Below, in pieces: positions 39,908-53,245 of a stretch of DNA of 64,000 nucleotides. Origin of the DNA: Lingula anatina (Eukaryota; Animalia; Brachiopoda); contig CM120644.1 in assembly GCA_051362555.1 (NCBI GenBank), positions 1,372,954-1,436,953 of the forward strand, written 5' to 3'. The number at the start of each line of letters is the position of its first letter. The first letter of the stretch is position 1. Position numbers and translations under genes: made by a program. The notes beneath the pieces are model-generated. The model saw nothing but the letters and a program-made list of their open reading frames with translations, was not told the origin of the DNA and searched no databases.

Positions 39908-40889
39908 AGAGAGATCATTTAGTAAAATTGAAAGTAATACACGATACCAAAATTATTAAAAGCAGGGCATCGTTATGAGTAAAAATATTAAAAAAATATT
40001 TGAAGGATAATTTCATCACGCCCAGTCCTGCAGCTAGACACTACTATTAACGTACACAAGACCCCATTAAGACGGTATACAAGAATAAATTAATTGAAAA
40101 CAAAATTATTGAAAAAGATGAAGAATAATCGGATAATGGCAAGTTAATTTAACATTCATTTTATGTTAATGAGCAACAGTATGTTTGTGTGAGAGAGAGA
40201 GAGAGAGAGTGAGAGAGAGGGATTCGGAAGGCACGCGCCTTAACAATATTTGTCAGATTCACGGACCAATCTGCCTTGTGGCTTATAAGTGCGTTATGGC
40301 CGCGACCTTCACATCCATTATTTAGCAGTGACATGTAATCTACTGGTCTTTTCTACATGCTAAAGTCACTTCTAATAAAACCAAACACAGGTAAAATGCA
40401 AGATCATAACATGTTGTTACTACCGTGAGGCTCAAATTATTATTTTTTAAAAAATATGTTTCATCTTTACTGAATTTGATAAGCACAAGCATTAACAAAT
40501 CAAGGGAATTATTTTGGCCGATCTGACGATCTGACGATACTTTTGAACCAAAGTGTTAATGTATTCCACGAGTATCCTATTTAGCCATCCCTACCTTAAC
40601 AAGTACCGGTATCTTAAAGCAAAATATTCGGTTCCAAAATGTAATAATCATGCATTCGTTTTGTGTTTTGGGTCGTTATAAAATAGCTACCTTGGTTTAG
40701 TGTTGAAAGGCTTATGTGCATTGCAAATATTTTTGTTACAAAGATTGGCGTACTTTTAACAATGTTACTGTCTCGATTGTGCAATTTGAACTAATCGAAT
40801 CCTTGGGTTCAATTTGTATCGCAACAATAACAGAAATAAAAAAAAAACAACATCATGGGGCACCAAACACTACCGTGTCGTTTTGAAAC

Positions 40890-41273
40890 CATTGCTTCTG
40901 AGTACACCAGTCACAATCTATTACCAAATATTACCCACATTGCTTCCGAGCACACCAGTCACAATCTATTACCAAATACTACCCACATTGCTTTCGAGCA
41001 CGCCAGTCACAATCTATTACCAAATACTACCCACATTGCTTTCGAGCACACCAGTCACAATCTATTACCAAATACTACTCACATTGCTTTCGAGCACACC
41101 AGTCACAATCTATTACCAAATACTACCCACATTGCTTTCGAGCACACCAGTCACAATCTATTACCAAATATTACCCACATTGCTTCCGAGCACACCAGTC
41201 ACAATCTATTACCAAATACTACCCACATTGCTTCCGAGCACACCAGCCACAATCTATTACCAAATACTACCAT
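40890..41273. repeat. 48-bp minisatellite (~8 units)
   Basis: Same unit with the diagnostic CTATTACC variant. Confidence 0.93.
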
Positions 41274-42631
41274 GCGTGTTTATAAAGAGTATCAGGCATG
41301 CTCTTGGTACTTTCTTTGTATGACACTGATGATTATGTTATAGTAAACAATGTCAAAATACATAACTAGATAACCACTCAGAGAACTAACGCAGACCTAC
41401 GCAAATGAAACGGCATAAAAGTATATTCTTTTTATTGTTATTTGGAGGAAACTTCGGGTGTTTTATTGTGATTGGTAGGTTTTCAATACAACATGTAAAG
41501 TTTACTTTCTTCAGATAATCTTGTAAGAAAGTATATATAGTCAATTGCAAAGGCATACACTGTGTCGTCCTTGTCGTAGGTCATAATGATCCGTGATATT
41601 GGTGCCATTATTAATTAAGCGTCAGTTTGAATAATGCTTTGTCTTCTAAGAAATACATTTAGTCGTGGTGTCTTCTGGTAATTAAATAATTAATTCATAC
41701 ATGATCTCTTAACGTGCTCGTACTATCGTTAAAATATAACTTTCTTTTAACTTTTACAAGCACTCAGAATAAAATCAGTTAAGGTGATTTTTTAATAAAA
41801 ACACATTCGAGTGTCTCTGTATTTCACCAGGCCATGGCAAAACTTAGAAGCTTGATATTTCAGTTAAGAAAAATAAGCCTATTCTGTTTTACATACATCT
41901 GTATGTAAATATACAAGGCCTTCAGTGGGTCTCTTTGATGCCAAAACAATTATTTATAGAGTCCTTATTTCAAAAACTCTGGCATTTACAATGTGTACTT
42001 CAAAGAGGGAGGTTCTGTTTCTGATGAGGAACGTTGCCACGAGAAAAGGGCCCACGCTGACATGGCATGTGTTGGCATATTTTAAATAAATAGTATACAA
42101 CAGTTCTGTTGACGAAAGTGGTTGCCTAAAGTGGTTGTCAATTAAACCTTATAAAACCCCTGTTTTTTGTCATTGGCATCAACATGTCTTTAAAACACGG
42201 CTGAACCATGTTGCAGATACATGTTTAATCGCGAGATATGCAAAAGAAACAACAGACACGATGATGACACATTTCTGTGGATTTCGATGATGAGCTTATA
42301 AATATGATCCCTGTATATGTGACCTTTTAAATAAAGATTCTCTTTTAAAAAAACGCTTATAATTCCCATGGACATTTACAATTTATATTGGTTAAAAAAG
42401 ATTAAAAACAAAATGACATCTTCATCACATATTTTATTGCATAAGCGTTGAAAAAGTTCATACATGTAATACAGAACATGTTTCCAAATTGCACCGGTCT
42501 ATTTATGGGCAAAAGCAGTAAAGATATTTAGAATGATATGAGCAAGGATCTGTTTGGTATGGGTCACGTGGTTGATGTCGTCATATCCGGCTGTGCACAC
42601 TGCAGAATAAAGGTTATGCGCAGCATCAGTT

Positions 42632-43872
42632 TCTGTAAAATAAAAAAAAAAATGATTGATAATGTCATTTAGACACGGTACGGGTCACGGTTGCTATTAA
42701 AAACGGACCAATGCATGACTTAATGAATAGACAATTGTCTAAAGTCTCTTCCTTCAGATCAATACAGTTCAATGCTTTTAACCCTTTGTTGTACTTATTG
42801 GCGGAGACTATCAAGACTGAAAAAGGAGGCTGTGTCGACACCTGCCAACTTGGAGCTTTTACAAGATTGGTGGAACACATTTGGACCTTGACTCGAGCAC
42901 AATTCAGATAAATGATACAGAATAGGTCGGTTCGGTTTTAACAATTGAACGACCAAGTTATGTCATATTTACAGATTGTTAATTAAAACTCGTTTATCAT
43001 CCTTTTTTATTTTCTGACTAGTTTTAACTAGCCATTAGGAAACATGTAGTAAGCTGAAGTTTACATGTATTAAGCTGAATTATACAATCGCGAACAAACT
43101 GTAAAATAAGATAGTAAAACGAAATCTTACCACAAAAATCCCCATGGGGTAATTGATCCCTTCTTTCCTCCGTATTGAGGCTTTCCGTATCCAGCACCTT
43201 TGTATCCATAGCCTCCATATCCGTACCCTTGGTCATAATTCATGTAGCTGCTGTAGCCATTTCCATATCCGCCGGGTTGATATCCATAGTGAGTCCTTTT
43301 CCAAAATAAAAAGCCAAATAACTTTTCAATTTCATTGGGATAAAACTATCAATATCAAAGAAGAAAACGTCGCCTGTCAGTCTGCCAGTCTTTAGTGGCA
43401 CTCCGCTTATTAGACGTGCAGTAAAGGCTGAGCGTATCATTTTCTCTATGAAATGATCTTTTCTTCGCTTGTTTTGTCTCGATTCTCGAGCGCTGAACAA
43501 CATGAAACCACAACAGTAACTTGGTTCTAAACAAAGATTAGCTAGGCAATTTCTACAGCCATATATTAAAAGAAAACAGACTGTCCGGATCAACCCCTTT
43601 TTAAATTCCAATTGCACTGCTAGATGAATTGAATGTTAATAAGATTAAATCACGAAACAAACAATGATACTGTAGTAAACCTCTTTCTCTCTCTCACTCT
43701 CTCTCTCACACACACACACACATACACACACACACATACACACACATACACGCATACACACATACACATACTAACACACACACACATACACGCATACACA
43801 CACTAACACCCACACACCCACACACACATACACGTATACACACACACTAACACACACACACGCACACACAAC

Positions 43873-43910
<38 letters not shown>

Positions 43911-43982
43911 TTTACTCCCAGAGTCCCAATAATTGGCGGCTGTCACGGCCACGAGAGCAGCGAGTAGAATCAGCTTCATCAT
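42632..43982 (-). CDS. Secreted Gly/Tyr-rich peptide, subfamily A, apparently intact 3-exon gene (79 aa)
   Basis: Exons 43982-43909, 43295-43131 and 42632. Product MMKLILLAALVAVTAANYWDSGSKRTHYGYQPGGYGNGYSSYMNYDQGYGYGGYGYKGAGYGKPQYGGKKGSITPWGFL. It has an in-frame 45-bp deletion and a 6-bp insertion relative to the 57191 copy. TATAAAA at 44088-44082. Confidence 0.85.
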
Positions 43983-45499
43983 CTTGGCGGAAAAAGAACT
44001 GTCGTCGGTCTGCTAACTGTTGAAGTGTGACTTGGAGCTTGATTAAAGTCGAAGTCTGTCAAAACTGGACCAAGTCAATCTTTTTATACCGACCTGAAGC
44101 ACAAAACGGTTTGGTACTTATTATATTTGCAAGCCAGTATTTTGCCTTAAGCTATTTGTGACAAATTTCTGGATGTTAATTGGATATAAGAGACATACGG
44201 AATAATCATGTTCGCAACCCGTAATCAAACTGCCGAATTTAATTATCCCTATTTTTAAGCAGTCAGTGCTTATTACAATGGAAAAAATCAAGTGCTTTAC
44301 TCCTTTTTCGTTATTGTAAAATACGGCAATCAAAAATTTAATTTAAAAGTAATATTTTGTCGGTCTTTAAATTATGACAGAGTTGATAAAGAGTTGATAA
44401 AGTTGATAAATTAAAGTAATGATGTTTTAAACTCAGAACCATGTAACAAACCCGCGTATCCATGAATAATACCATTAATGGAAATCGAGAAAAACACCAA
44501 TTTGTCTCCTCGTTACAACGATGGCAAGACTATATTATTAATTCTGGTGAGAATTTACAACAGGTTAGGACACTATATTTTACAACCTTTTCATTAGATA
44601 ATAATTCCCTGCCTCGGGTGGATTTAACAGAACTTTTATGTTACAGACGTACAGAACAGGGTTGGTTCCAATAAGATGTGCATGTCTGCTTTAAGGCATA
44701 CTAGTACCTGAACTTGATGGGTAAGTGTGGTGACTTCAATCAGTCTCTCTCTCTCTCTCTCTCTCTTTTTCTCTCTCTCACATACACATACAAACACACA
44801 CACACACACTCACACTTAGATAAGACACCATCGGCAAGAAATATAATTTTTCAAGAGATCGGTAAACTTTCTGAAATCTTCATACAATATGTCTTAAAAT
44901 GCAAAGAGACCTCCGAAATCCCCACTTAAGTCACCGCTGCATACCTTAGTTGTCCTTCTACGAATTCTAAAGAAATTTGAGATGGAAACAAAATGTGTCC
45001 AGACGCCGCGTTACTTAATTGTTACAAGAAAAGGAGACTTCCAATAACATACTGTCAAAGAAGAAGCAGTTGAGTGGTAATTTTCCATAGGTCTCAGAAA
45101 AGAGACTATTTTACTTTATCAAACACATCTACATGTTTTTTTCATAAGCAACTGATAGTAACGAACCGGTGTATTCATTTCAAGAAGCTAATGAACTTGA
45201 TGTATGCTGCTTAATCAACAATACCCAATGAAAATTACGAAAAAAATAACTTGTCTGTCTTCTCATTACATAGGTTGCAAGTCATTCAGGTCAGAGAACA
45301 ACACATTTTACGAGTTTTCCATTAGATAAAAAGTGCTTGGGGTAAACTGAAAAGACTTTGTTTATTGCAGCACTACAATTTATGGCAGACGATAGGCGTA
45401 ACCGGGTTGGCATCAATTATATGTAATTGTAAGCTTCAAGGCGGTACGTGAATTGGATGGAAAAGATTGGTACAAATGTAGTTCAAGCGGACGCCTCCG

Positions 45500-45557
<58 letters not shown>

Positions 45558-46814
45558 AACACGCACACACACACAGGGACGTATAAAAAAGTTCATATTG
45601 TCAGGAATGTTTTTTTAATGCAGTGTATTATGCAATCCTCATTCCAAGCATATGAGATAAAAATAAAACCAAAAAACAAAAGGGACATTTTTATAGCCGA
45701 TACTTTATTCCCATATGTGTGAAAGATGGGCTGGTATGCGATTTAGGTTCATTCACCTCTACTAGTTTATTAAATCATTGCCTATGTGGAAATGGAACAT
45801 AGCCGCATTTATTTGATAATGAAGTATCGAAAACACACAAAAACACGCACTGAGAGAGAGAGTGTGTGTGTTTGTGCGTTTGGGAGAGAGAGAGAGAGAG
45901 AGAGGGAGGTAGGGAGGGAGGGGAGAGAAAGAGGATTGACTTGCATGTGTTATAACAATTCCATCATCACAAAAATTAGGTGGAAAAACGTTTCTATCTT
46001 CAGTTGTATAAAATGCATTAACAGTTATTCTTAATTAGCAGAGTCTTTAATGCATGCTGTGCTTTAATTTGACTTAGGCGTTATTTAACGACTCTCCCCT
46101 CCTTCAAGATAGGTCCAGCGCTCCCGCTGACTATACATGCATTCGGCGTTCGCCAGTAGTCATTCCTTTAAGAATTGAATCAGAATAATCACCTGAACTT
46201 GGTGGATAAGTGTGGTTACTTCAATCTGTCTCTCTCTCTCACACACACACACACTTAGATAAGACATGCCGTCCAAATCATTGACAAGAAATATAATTTT
46301 ACAACATATGGGTGAGCTTTCTGAAATCCTCATACATGTCTTAAAATGTAAAGAGACCTCCAGAATCCCCACTTCTGTCACCGCTGCAAACCTTAATTGT
46401 CTTTTTCCAAATTCTAAAGAAATTTAAATAAGAGGAGAAAATGTGCCCAAACACCGCCCTACTTCATTGTTACATAAAAAGGAGACTTCCAATAACATAC
46501 TGTCAAAGAAGAAGCAGTTGTGTGGTAATTTTCAATAGGTCTCATGTTTTTTTTTTTTTCATTAGCAACGGATAGTCTTCTCATCACAAAGGTGGCAAGT
46601 CACTCAGGTCAGGACACTTTTACGAGTGTTCCATTAGATAAAAAGTGCTTGGGGTAAACTTAAAAGACGTTGTTTATTGCAGCACTACAATTTATGACAG
46701 ATGATAGGCGTAACCGTGTTGGCATCAATTATATGTTATTGGAAGCTTCAAGGCGGTAAATGAATTGGATGGGAAATTGGTACAAATGTAGTTGAGCCGA
46801 ACGCTTCCGAAATC

Positions 46815-46866
<52 letters not shown>

Positions 46867-49493
46867 TAGGAGGGGAAAAAACGCTCATATTGTCAGGAAG
46901 GAATTTTTTAATGCAGTTAATGCAGTGTATTATGCAATCCTCATTCCAAGCATATAAGATGTAAATAAACCAAACAAAACAATGGGACATTTTCTTCATA
47001 GCCACATACTAAAGTAAGCTCGATACATGCAAACTTTAATTCATTCATGATAGTTTATTCCCATGTGTGTAAAATATTGGGCTGGTACAAATGTATGCGA
47101 TTTAGATACGTTCACCTCTACTAGTTTATTAAAATATTGCCTATGTGGAAATGGAACATAGCCGCATTTATTTGATAATGAACTCTCGCAAAACACGCAA
47201 AAACACACACTGAGAGAGTGTCTATCTTCAGGTGTATACATTGTATTAACATTTATTTTTAATTAGCAGATTCAAGGCGTTCCATGCTTTACTCTGACTG
47301 AGGAGTTATTTAACAACACCCTCTCCTTCAACATAGTTCCAGCGCTCCCACTGACTACACGTGCATTGGGCGTCCGCCAGTAGTCATTCTTTCATGAATT
47401 GAATCAGAATTATCACTGGCCAATGCACGTGTGGTCAATGGGAGCGCTGGACTATTTTTTTCCATCTGATGTATGTGCCACCTTGAGGCTTACAAGTACA
47501 TATGACGCCAACCCGATCATGCCCATTATGTCCATCAAAGTCTTTTTATTGTACCCCAGGCGCTTCTTATTTAATGAAACACTCGTAAATATGTCATGCC
47601 ATAACCTGACGTAACTTCTGTATGAATGAGTGACTTGCCAACTTTGTGATGGCGAGACAAACTGGTGACATTTGTTTTTTTCATTTGATATAGTTATTTA
47701 ACAGCATTAGTTCAGTTCAATAGTTTCTTGATGTGGGTGTACTGGATTGTTGTGCTGGTTTGTGTTTTCAGTATTTAGATACCTGTCAGTTGCTTATAAA
47801 AATACTTACTTATTTGCTTAAGTCTCTTTACTAAAACTGATGGTAAATTACCCACTCAACTGCTTCTTCTTTGAAAACATTTTAATCGAAGTCTCCTTTT
47901 TTTGTTTACAGTGGAGTGAGGCGTCGTCTGAAGTCATTTTCTTAATTTCTTTTGACTTTTTAGAGAGACAAGTAAGGTATACAGCGCTGATACAGTATAA
48001 ATGGGTATTATGGAGGTTTTCTTGCATTTGAATGAGAGTTTCAGAAAGCTACCCTAGGTTCTAGATTTCAGTATTGCCAGCTCGATCTCGATTTCATATG
48101 TAACCCATTTCAGCAATACTGACTCTAGCCACTACCGTCACATTTGAGATGTGTTCGGAAAAAAAAAATTTGCCTGGGGCTCTTCCATATTTGGAAGTCA
48201 CATGTCTCGTACGTCACAGATCTGTCCCACCTGGAGCTACCTTTCCTGCCTTGAACTGACGTCATCCCATACAGACAAGACAAAGAAGCAAAGTGGCTGA
48301 CGCGGAATTTGAAGTTTGAACTAAGAATACCTTGCATTCGCAAATCAGTGCCACAACAAAAGCACCTTTCTGCTTTAAAAACTGATTTTTGGTGTAGTCA
48401 TCAGCAGACATACAGTGTAGCTGTGAAGCACATGTATTGTGTTTATATCTTTAGGAGCAAATGTTTTTTGATAAGTAAAACAATACCACAACATCTGGTA
48501 TATCATTTTCATCTAAAAAGATATTAACATTTTTTTCAATTCAAATCTTTATTACAGTTAATAAAATTACTAAAGCAAAAATAAATGTGCTTTCTGTTTT
48601 ATTTTGAACTTATGACATTCAACTGCAGATTCACTGCGGAGCATTACCTTTGATTGAGGATACTCGAAATTGCCGCTGCTCGTCAGGACCACTATAAACC
48701 TCCCAATGCAAAGGTATGAATTGAGCAAGCTATCTTTATAGTGCCCTGACACTCAGGGCACAGAAAGCCCATCCATCTGTTGAAAAATTATATTCCTCGC
48801 CGATGATTTGGACGGCATGTCTTATCTAAGTGTATGTATGTGTATAAGAGAGGAAGAGATAAATAAATAGATCACGAGAGGCAGAGATTGCAGCTTCCAG
48901 ACTTGTCCATCAAGTTCAGATACCAGTATGCCTTAAAGCTGACACGCACATCTTTTTGGCACCAACCCTGTTATGTAATTCCATCAGCCGTAACATTTTA
49001 ATCTACCCAAGGTCGGAATTTTTATCCATTGAAACGGTCGTAAAAACATAATGCCCTAACCTGTTGTAACATCTACCCAGAATTAATAATAAAGTTAGAC
49101 TTACCATAGTTGTAACAAGTAGACAAATTAATATTGTTTTTTGTTCGATGTTCAGTTTTGGTATTATTCATCTATAAGTAAAAATTGTGATTTATCATTT
49201 GACTGTCATGGATACGCGTATTTGTTGCATGGTATTGTGTGTATTAAAAAATTGAACAAATAACAATACTTTGTCTTCCTTTGCCATAATTCAATTATTC
49301 CATATGTGTCTCATTTCTAATTAACCATCACGACGTAACGCAAATACTGACTTGCAAAATGTAATAATTACCAAATTATGTGTTTCGGGTCGGTATAAAA
49401 CGATTGCCTTGGTCCAGTTTTGACAGACTTCAGTTTAGTCAATCTCCAAGTCACACTCTGCCAGTTAGCAGACGACATCTCCTTTCGGCCAAG

Positions 49494-49567
49494 ATGATAA
49501 AACTGATTCTACTCGCTGCTCTCCTGGCCGTGGCCGCTGTCAATTGTTGGGGAAGTTCTGGTTAAAG
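49494..49567 (+). pseudogene. Orphan signal-peptide exon with a nonsense codon
   Basis: MIKLILLAALLAVAAVNCWGSSG* (TAA at 49563, where subfamily B has CAA) followed by AG|gtgaga. No exon 2. Paralog of the 3141 copy. Confidence 0.75.
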
Positions 49568-50469
49568 GTGAGAGAGAGAGAGAGAGAGATTAACTACTGT
49601 TTAAAGTCTTGCTTAATGAACTAGACCAATACTAATCGTTAAGAACTTTCATATAAGAAGGAAAGCTATACAAAGAATCATTTTTTAAATCATATACATA
49701 TTTTGTGATTTTATCCTCACTGCTACCCAGTTGAGTGATGATCTCAATGCCATACATTAATACTCAGAATACAGGCAATGTTTTATGCTGTGAATATATC
49801 TACAGTGTAGTGCAAATTAACCTTTGGCCCTGGTATGTGAGATCTTAATAGCGAAGGATGAGAGAGAAAGAGACTACTGAAGGGTCCATTCAAGTTGTGG
49901 ATTCTAGCTGCAACAGCCAGCTCATCTTATGAAGCATTTAGAGTTAGTAAACAATCTGGACGACCATGCATTTTTACTTTATTGTTCTGGGAATTATCTT
50001 TGTCATGTTCGAAGTTTCGATTTGATTTTCATGTTTTTTTAATATTATGTGACTTGGATACTATGGGACTTAGCGTAACTTTTTAATTTCATTGGGATAA
50101 AATTATCTGCTTATTAGACGTGCAGTAAAGGCCGAGCGTATCATTTTCTCTAGTAAAATGATCATTTCTTCGCTTGCTTTGTCTCGATTCTCGAGCGCTG
50201 AACAAAATGAAACCACAACAGTAACTTGCTTATGAACAAAAGTAAGGTGATTCCTTCTGCTACATATTTGAAAACAGACTGTCCGGATCAATTCTTTTTT
50301 TTTTTTTTTATTTCTAATTAAATTGCACTATAAGATGAATTGAGTATTGGTAAGAGTAAATCACAAAGCAATATACAACTACGCACTAGTAAACCTTTTT
50401 CTCTCACACACACTCAAAAACACGCACACATACACACGTAGTCACACACTAAAAGCTACATTAACAGAC

Positions 50470-50546
50470 CTTTTACTCCCAGAGTCCCACCTAGGGGCTG
50501 CTGCTGCCAAAGCCACGAGGGCAGCGAGTAGAATCAGCTTCATCAT
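50470..50546 (-). pseudogene. Orphan signal-peptide exon (subfamily A); exons 2-3 deleted
   Basis: Same peptide as 4129-4205, same deletion junction at ~50076, and a mutated TATA (TAAAAAA, ~50648). Confidence 0.75.
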
Positions 50547-51838
50547 TTCGGCGGCAAAAGAGGCGTTGTCTGGTAGCTGCTGGAGTGTGACTTGAATCTT
50601 CACTGAAGTCGAAGTCTGTCAAAACTGGACCACGGCAACGGTTTTTTACCGTCCCGACACACAACGGATTCGTAATCATTATAGTTTTGGAAGCCAGTAT
50701 TTTGCCTTTAGATATTTGCGACGAAGGTCGGGAAGGTTAATTTAATATGAGACGCATAAGGAATAAATCATCATTTTGGCAACACATCATCAAACTGACA
50801 AAATTAAATCTCCCGATTTTTAAAAAGCTAGGAAAGAAATGAAGACTAAGGAAGAAACACGCCCACACTGGTTAAGCTTTCGGAAATCCTCATGCATGTC
50901 TTAAAATGCAAAGAGACCTCCAAATATCCCACTAATGTCACCGCTGCATACCTTGGATATTCCTCTACAATGTTTTAAGAAATTTGATAAGAAAAGAAAA
51001 TGTTCCCAAACGCCGCCTTACTTCATTGTTACAAGAAAAGTAGACTTTAAAAAAATGGTGTCAAAGAAGAAGCAGTTTAGTGGAAATTTTTCAATTGGTC
51101 TCAAAAAAGAGACTACTTTACTTTAGCAAATAGATTTACATTTTTTGTCATAAGCAACCGATAGTAACAAACCATTTGAAGCACCTAATGAACTAATAAA
51201 TGCTTCTAAATATACAATACCCAATAAAAATAACGAAAAATATCTCTTGTCTGTCTTTTTATCACAAAGTTGGCAAGTCACTTAAGTGAGGGCACAATTT
51301 TTACGAGTACAGTATTTCATTAGATAAAAAGTTATTGGAGTAATTAAGATGGAAAGACTTTGTTTATTGCAGCAGTATGGTAGATAACAGACGTAACTGG
51401 GTTGGCGTCAATTATATGACATTGTACTTGTTAGCTTCCAGGTGGTACGTGAATAGGATGGAAGAGTGGTAAAACTGTAGATGCATTGAACGTCTCCGAA
51501 ATCTCTCTCTCTCTCTCTCTCACATGGACCTAAAAACGCTCATGTTGTGCCTTATGTAATGCTCATTCCAAGCATATAAGATAAAAATAAAACCAAACAA
51601 ACAAAGGAAACACTTTCTTCATAGCCACATGCTAAAGTTAACTTGGTACATGCAGATTTCAATTCGTTCATGAAACGTACATATTCGTATGTGGAAAACA
51701 CTTGCACTCGTAGCTGCTTTTAGGACAGTCTGCTCTACCCAGTCTGCTGGTGACAAGTTAATTAAAGGATTCCTATGCGGAAAAGGACGATAGCCGCTTA
51801 TATTAGATTATGAACCCTCGCAAAATACACACACACGT

Positions 51839-51879
<41 letters not shown>

Positions 51880-52823
51880 AATAAAGAGGACTAACTTGCA
51901 TGCATTACGAAATTTCCATTATTTCTTTAATGAATAGAATTTCAATGATTTTGGTCCCTGTAAAAATATGTTTGTTATACTAATTTAACGTCGCCTGTTG
52001 TCTTAGTAAGGGAAAAAGGTGATGATCTTGTCTGCATTTAATGTCACTAGGACTCATTAGAAATTCTCCTACGTATAACGAAGCTTCATGTTCACATTAA
52101 GCGTGTGTACGGGTGTCATTTTCTTTGGGCAGTACAGCAAATATAAATGTTATTTTTATTGTCAATGTTCTAATAATCAGACGTAACACTTGGTATGGCT
52201 TTGATTTATAGCTTTAGAACAAGCTACATGTAGCTAAATTTTGTTAATACCAAGACAACGGCGAAGTAGTGCACCTGCTATTAAGCCTGAGCTTACATAT
52301 GAATCCAAAAGGAGAGAGAGATAGAGAGAAAGAGAGAGACCGGGGTTGAGAGAGAGAGAGATTGGGGTTGAAAGAGAGAAAGAGAGATACCAAAATTATC
52401 AAAAGCAAGGCATCGTTATAAGTAAAAATATTTAAAATATATATATTTGAAGGATAATTAAATCACGCCCAGTCCTGCAGCTAGCCACTTCTACTATTAA
52501 CTTACACATGATCTCCTTAAGACGGCATACAACAATAAATTAATTGAAAACAAAATTATTGAAAAAGATGAAGACTAATCGGATAATGGCAAGTGAATTT
52601 AACATTCATTTTATGTTAATGAGCAACAGTGTGTGTGAGAGAGACAGGGAGAGAGAAAGAGAGAGAGAGATATTTGCGCACTAACTCTATTTGTTCTTAT
52701 CAGTTAGACTCACGAACCAATATGCCTTGTGGCTTATAAGTGCGTTATGGCCGCGACCTTCACATCCATTATTTAGCAGTGACATGTAATCTACTGGTCT
52801 TTTCTACATGCTAAAGTCACTTC

Positions 52824-52873
<50 letters not shown>

Positions 52874-53156
52874 ACAGGTTAATTGCAGGATCATATAACC
52901 TGTTCTTACTACCGTGAGGCTCAAAGTTTTTAATTTTTTTTAAATATGTTTTACCTTTACTGAATTTGATAAGCTCAAGCATTAACAAATCAAGGGGATT
53001 AATTTGGACAATCTGACGATACTTGGTAATTGAAACCAAAGTGATAATAGATTTCATGTGTGTCCCATTTAGCCACCCCTACCTTAACAAATATTTTAAG
53101 GCAAAATATTCGGTTCCAAAATGTAATAATTACGCATATGTTTTGTTTTGGCACAT

Positions 53157-53245
53157 TATAAAATAGCCGCCTTGGTTCAGTTTTGACATACTCCGTCCTC
53201 AGTAAAGATCAGAGTCACAAAATCAACAAATACCAACAATTAAGG
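53157..53245 (+). promoter_or_regulatory. Orphan family promoter fused to the minisatellite
   Basis: TATAAAATAGCCGCCTTGGTTCAGTTTTGACA matches the subfamily B promoter at 24135 but is followed by the 48-bp array instead of a signal-peptide exon. Also present at ~6879 and ~40677. Confidence 0.65.

Noticed and set aside
52827-52872. Long poly(A) runs (also 55615-55660 and 7288-7331) as retrocopy tails
   Set aside because: For the first two, paralogs have short A runs at the same sites and there is no inserted body or TSD. The third lies inside the LINE 3'UTR on the opposite strand. Slippage expansion suffices.
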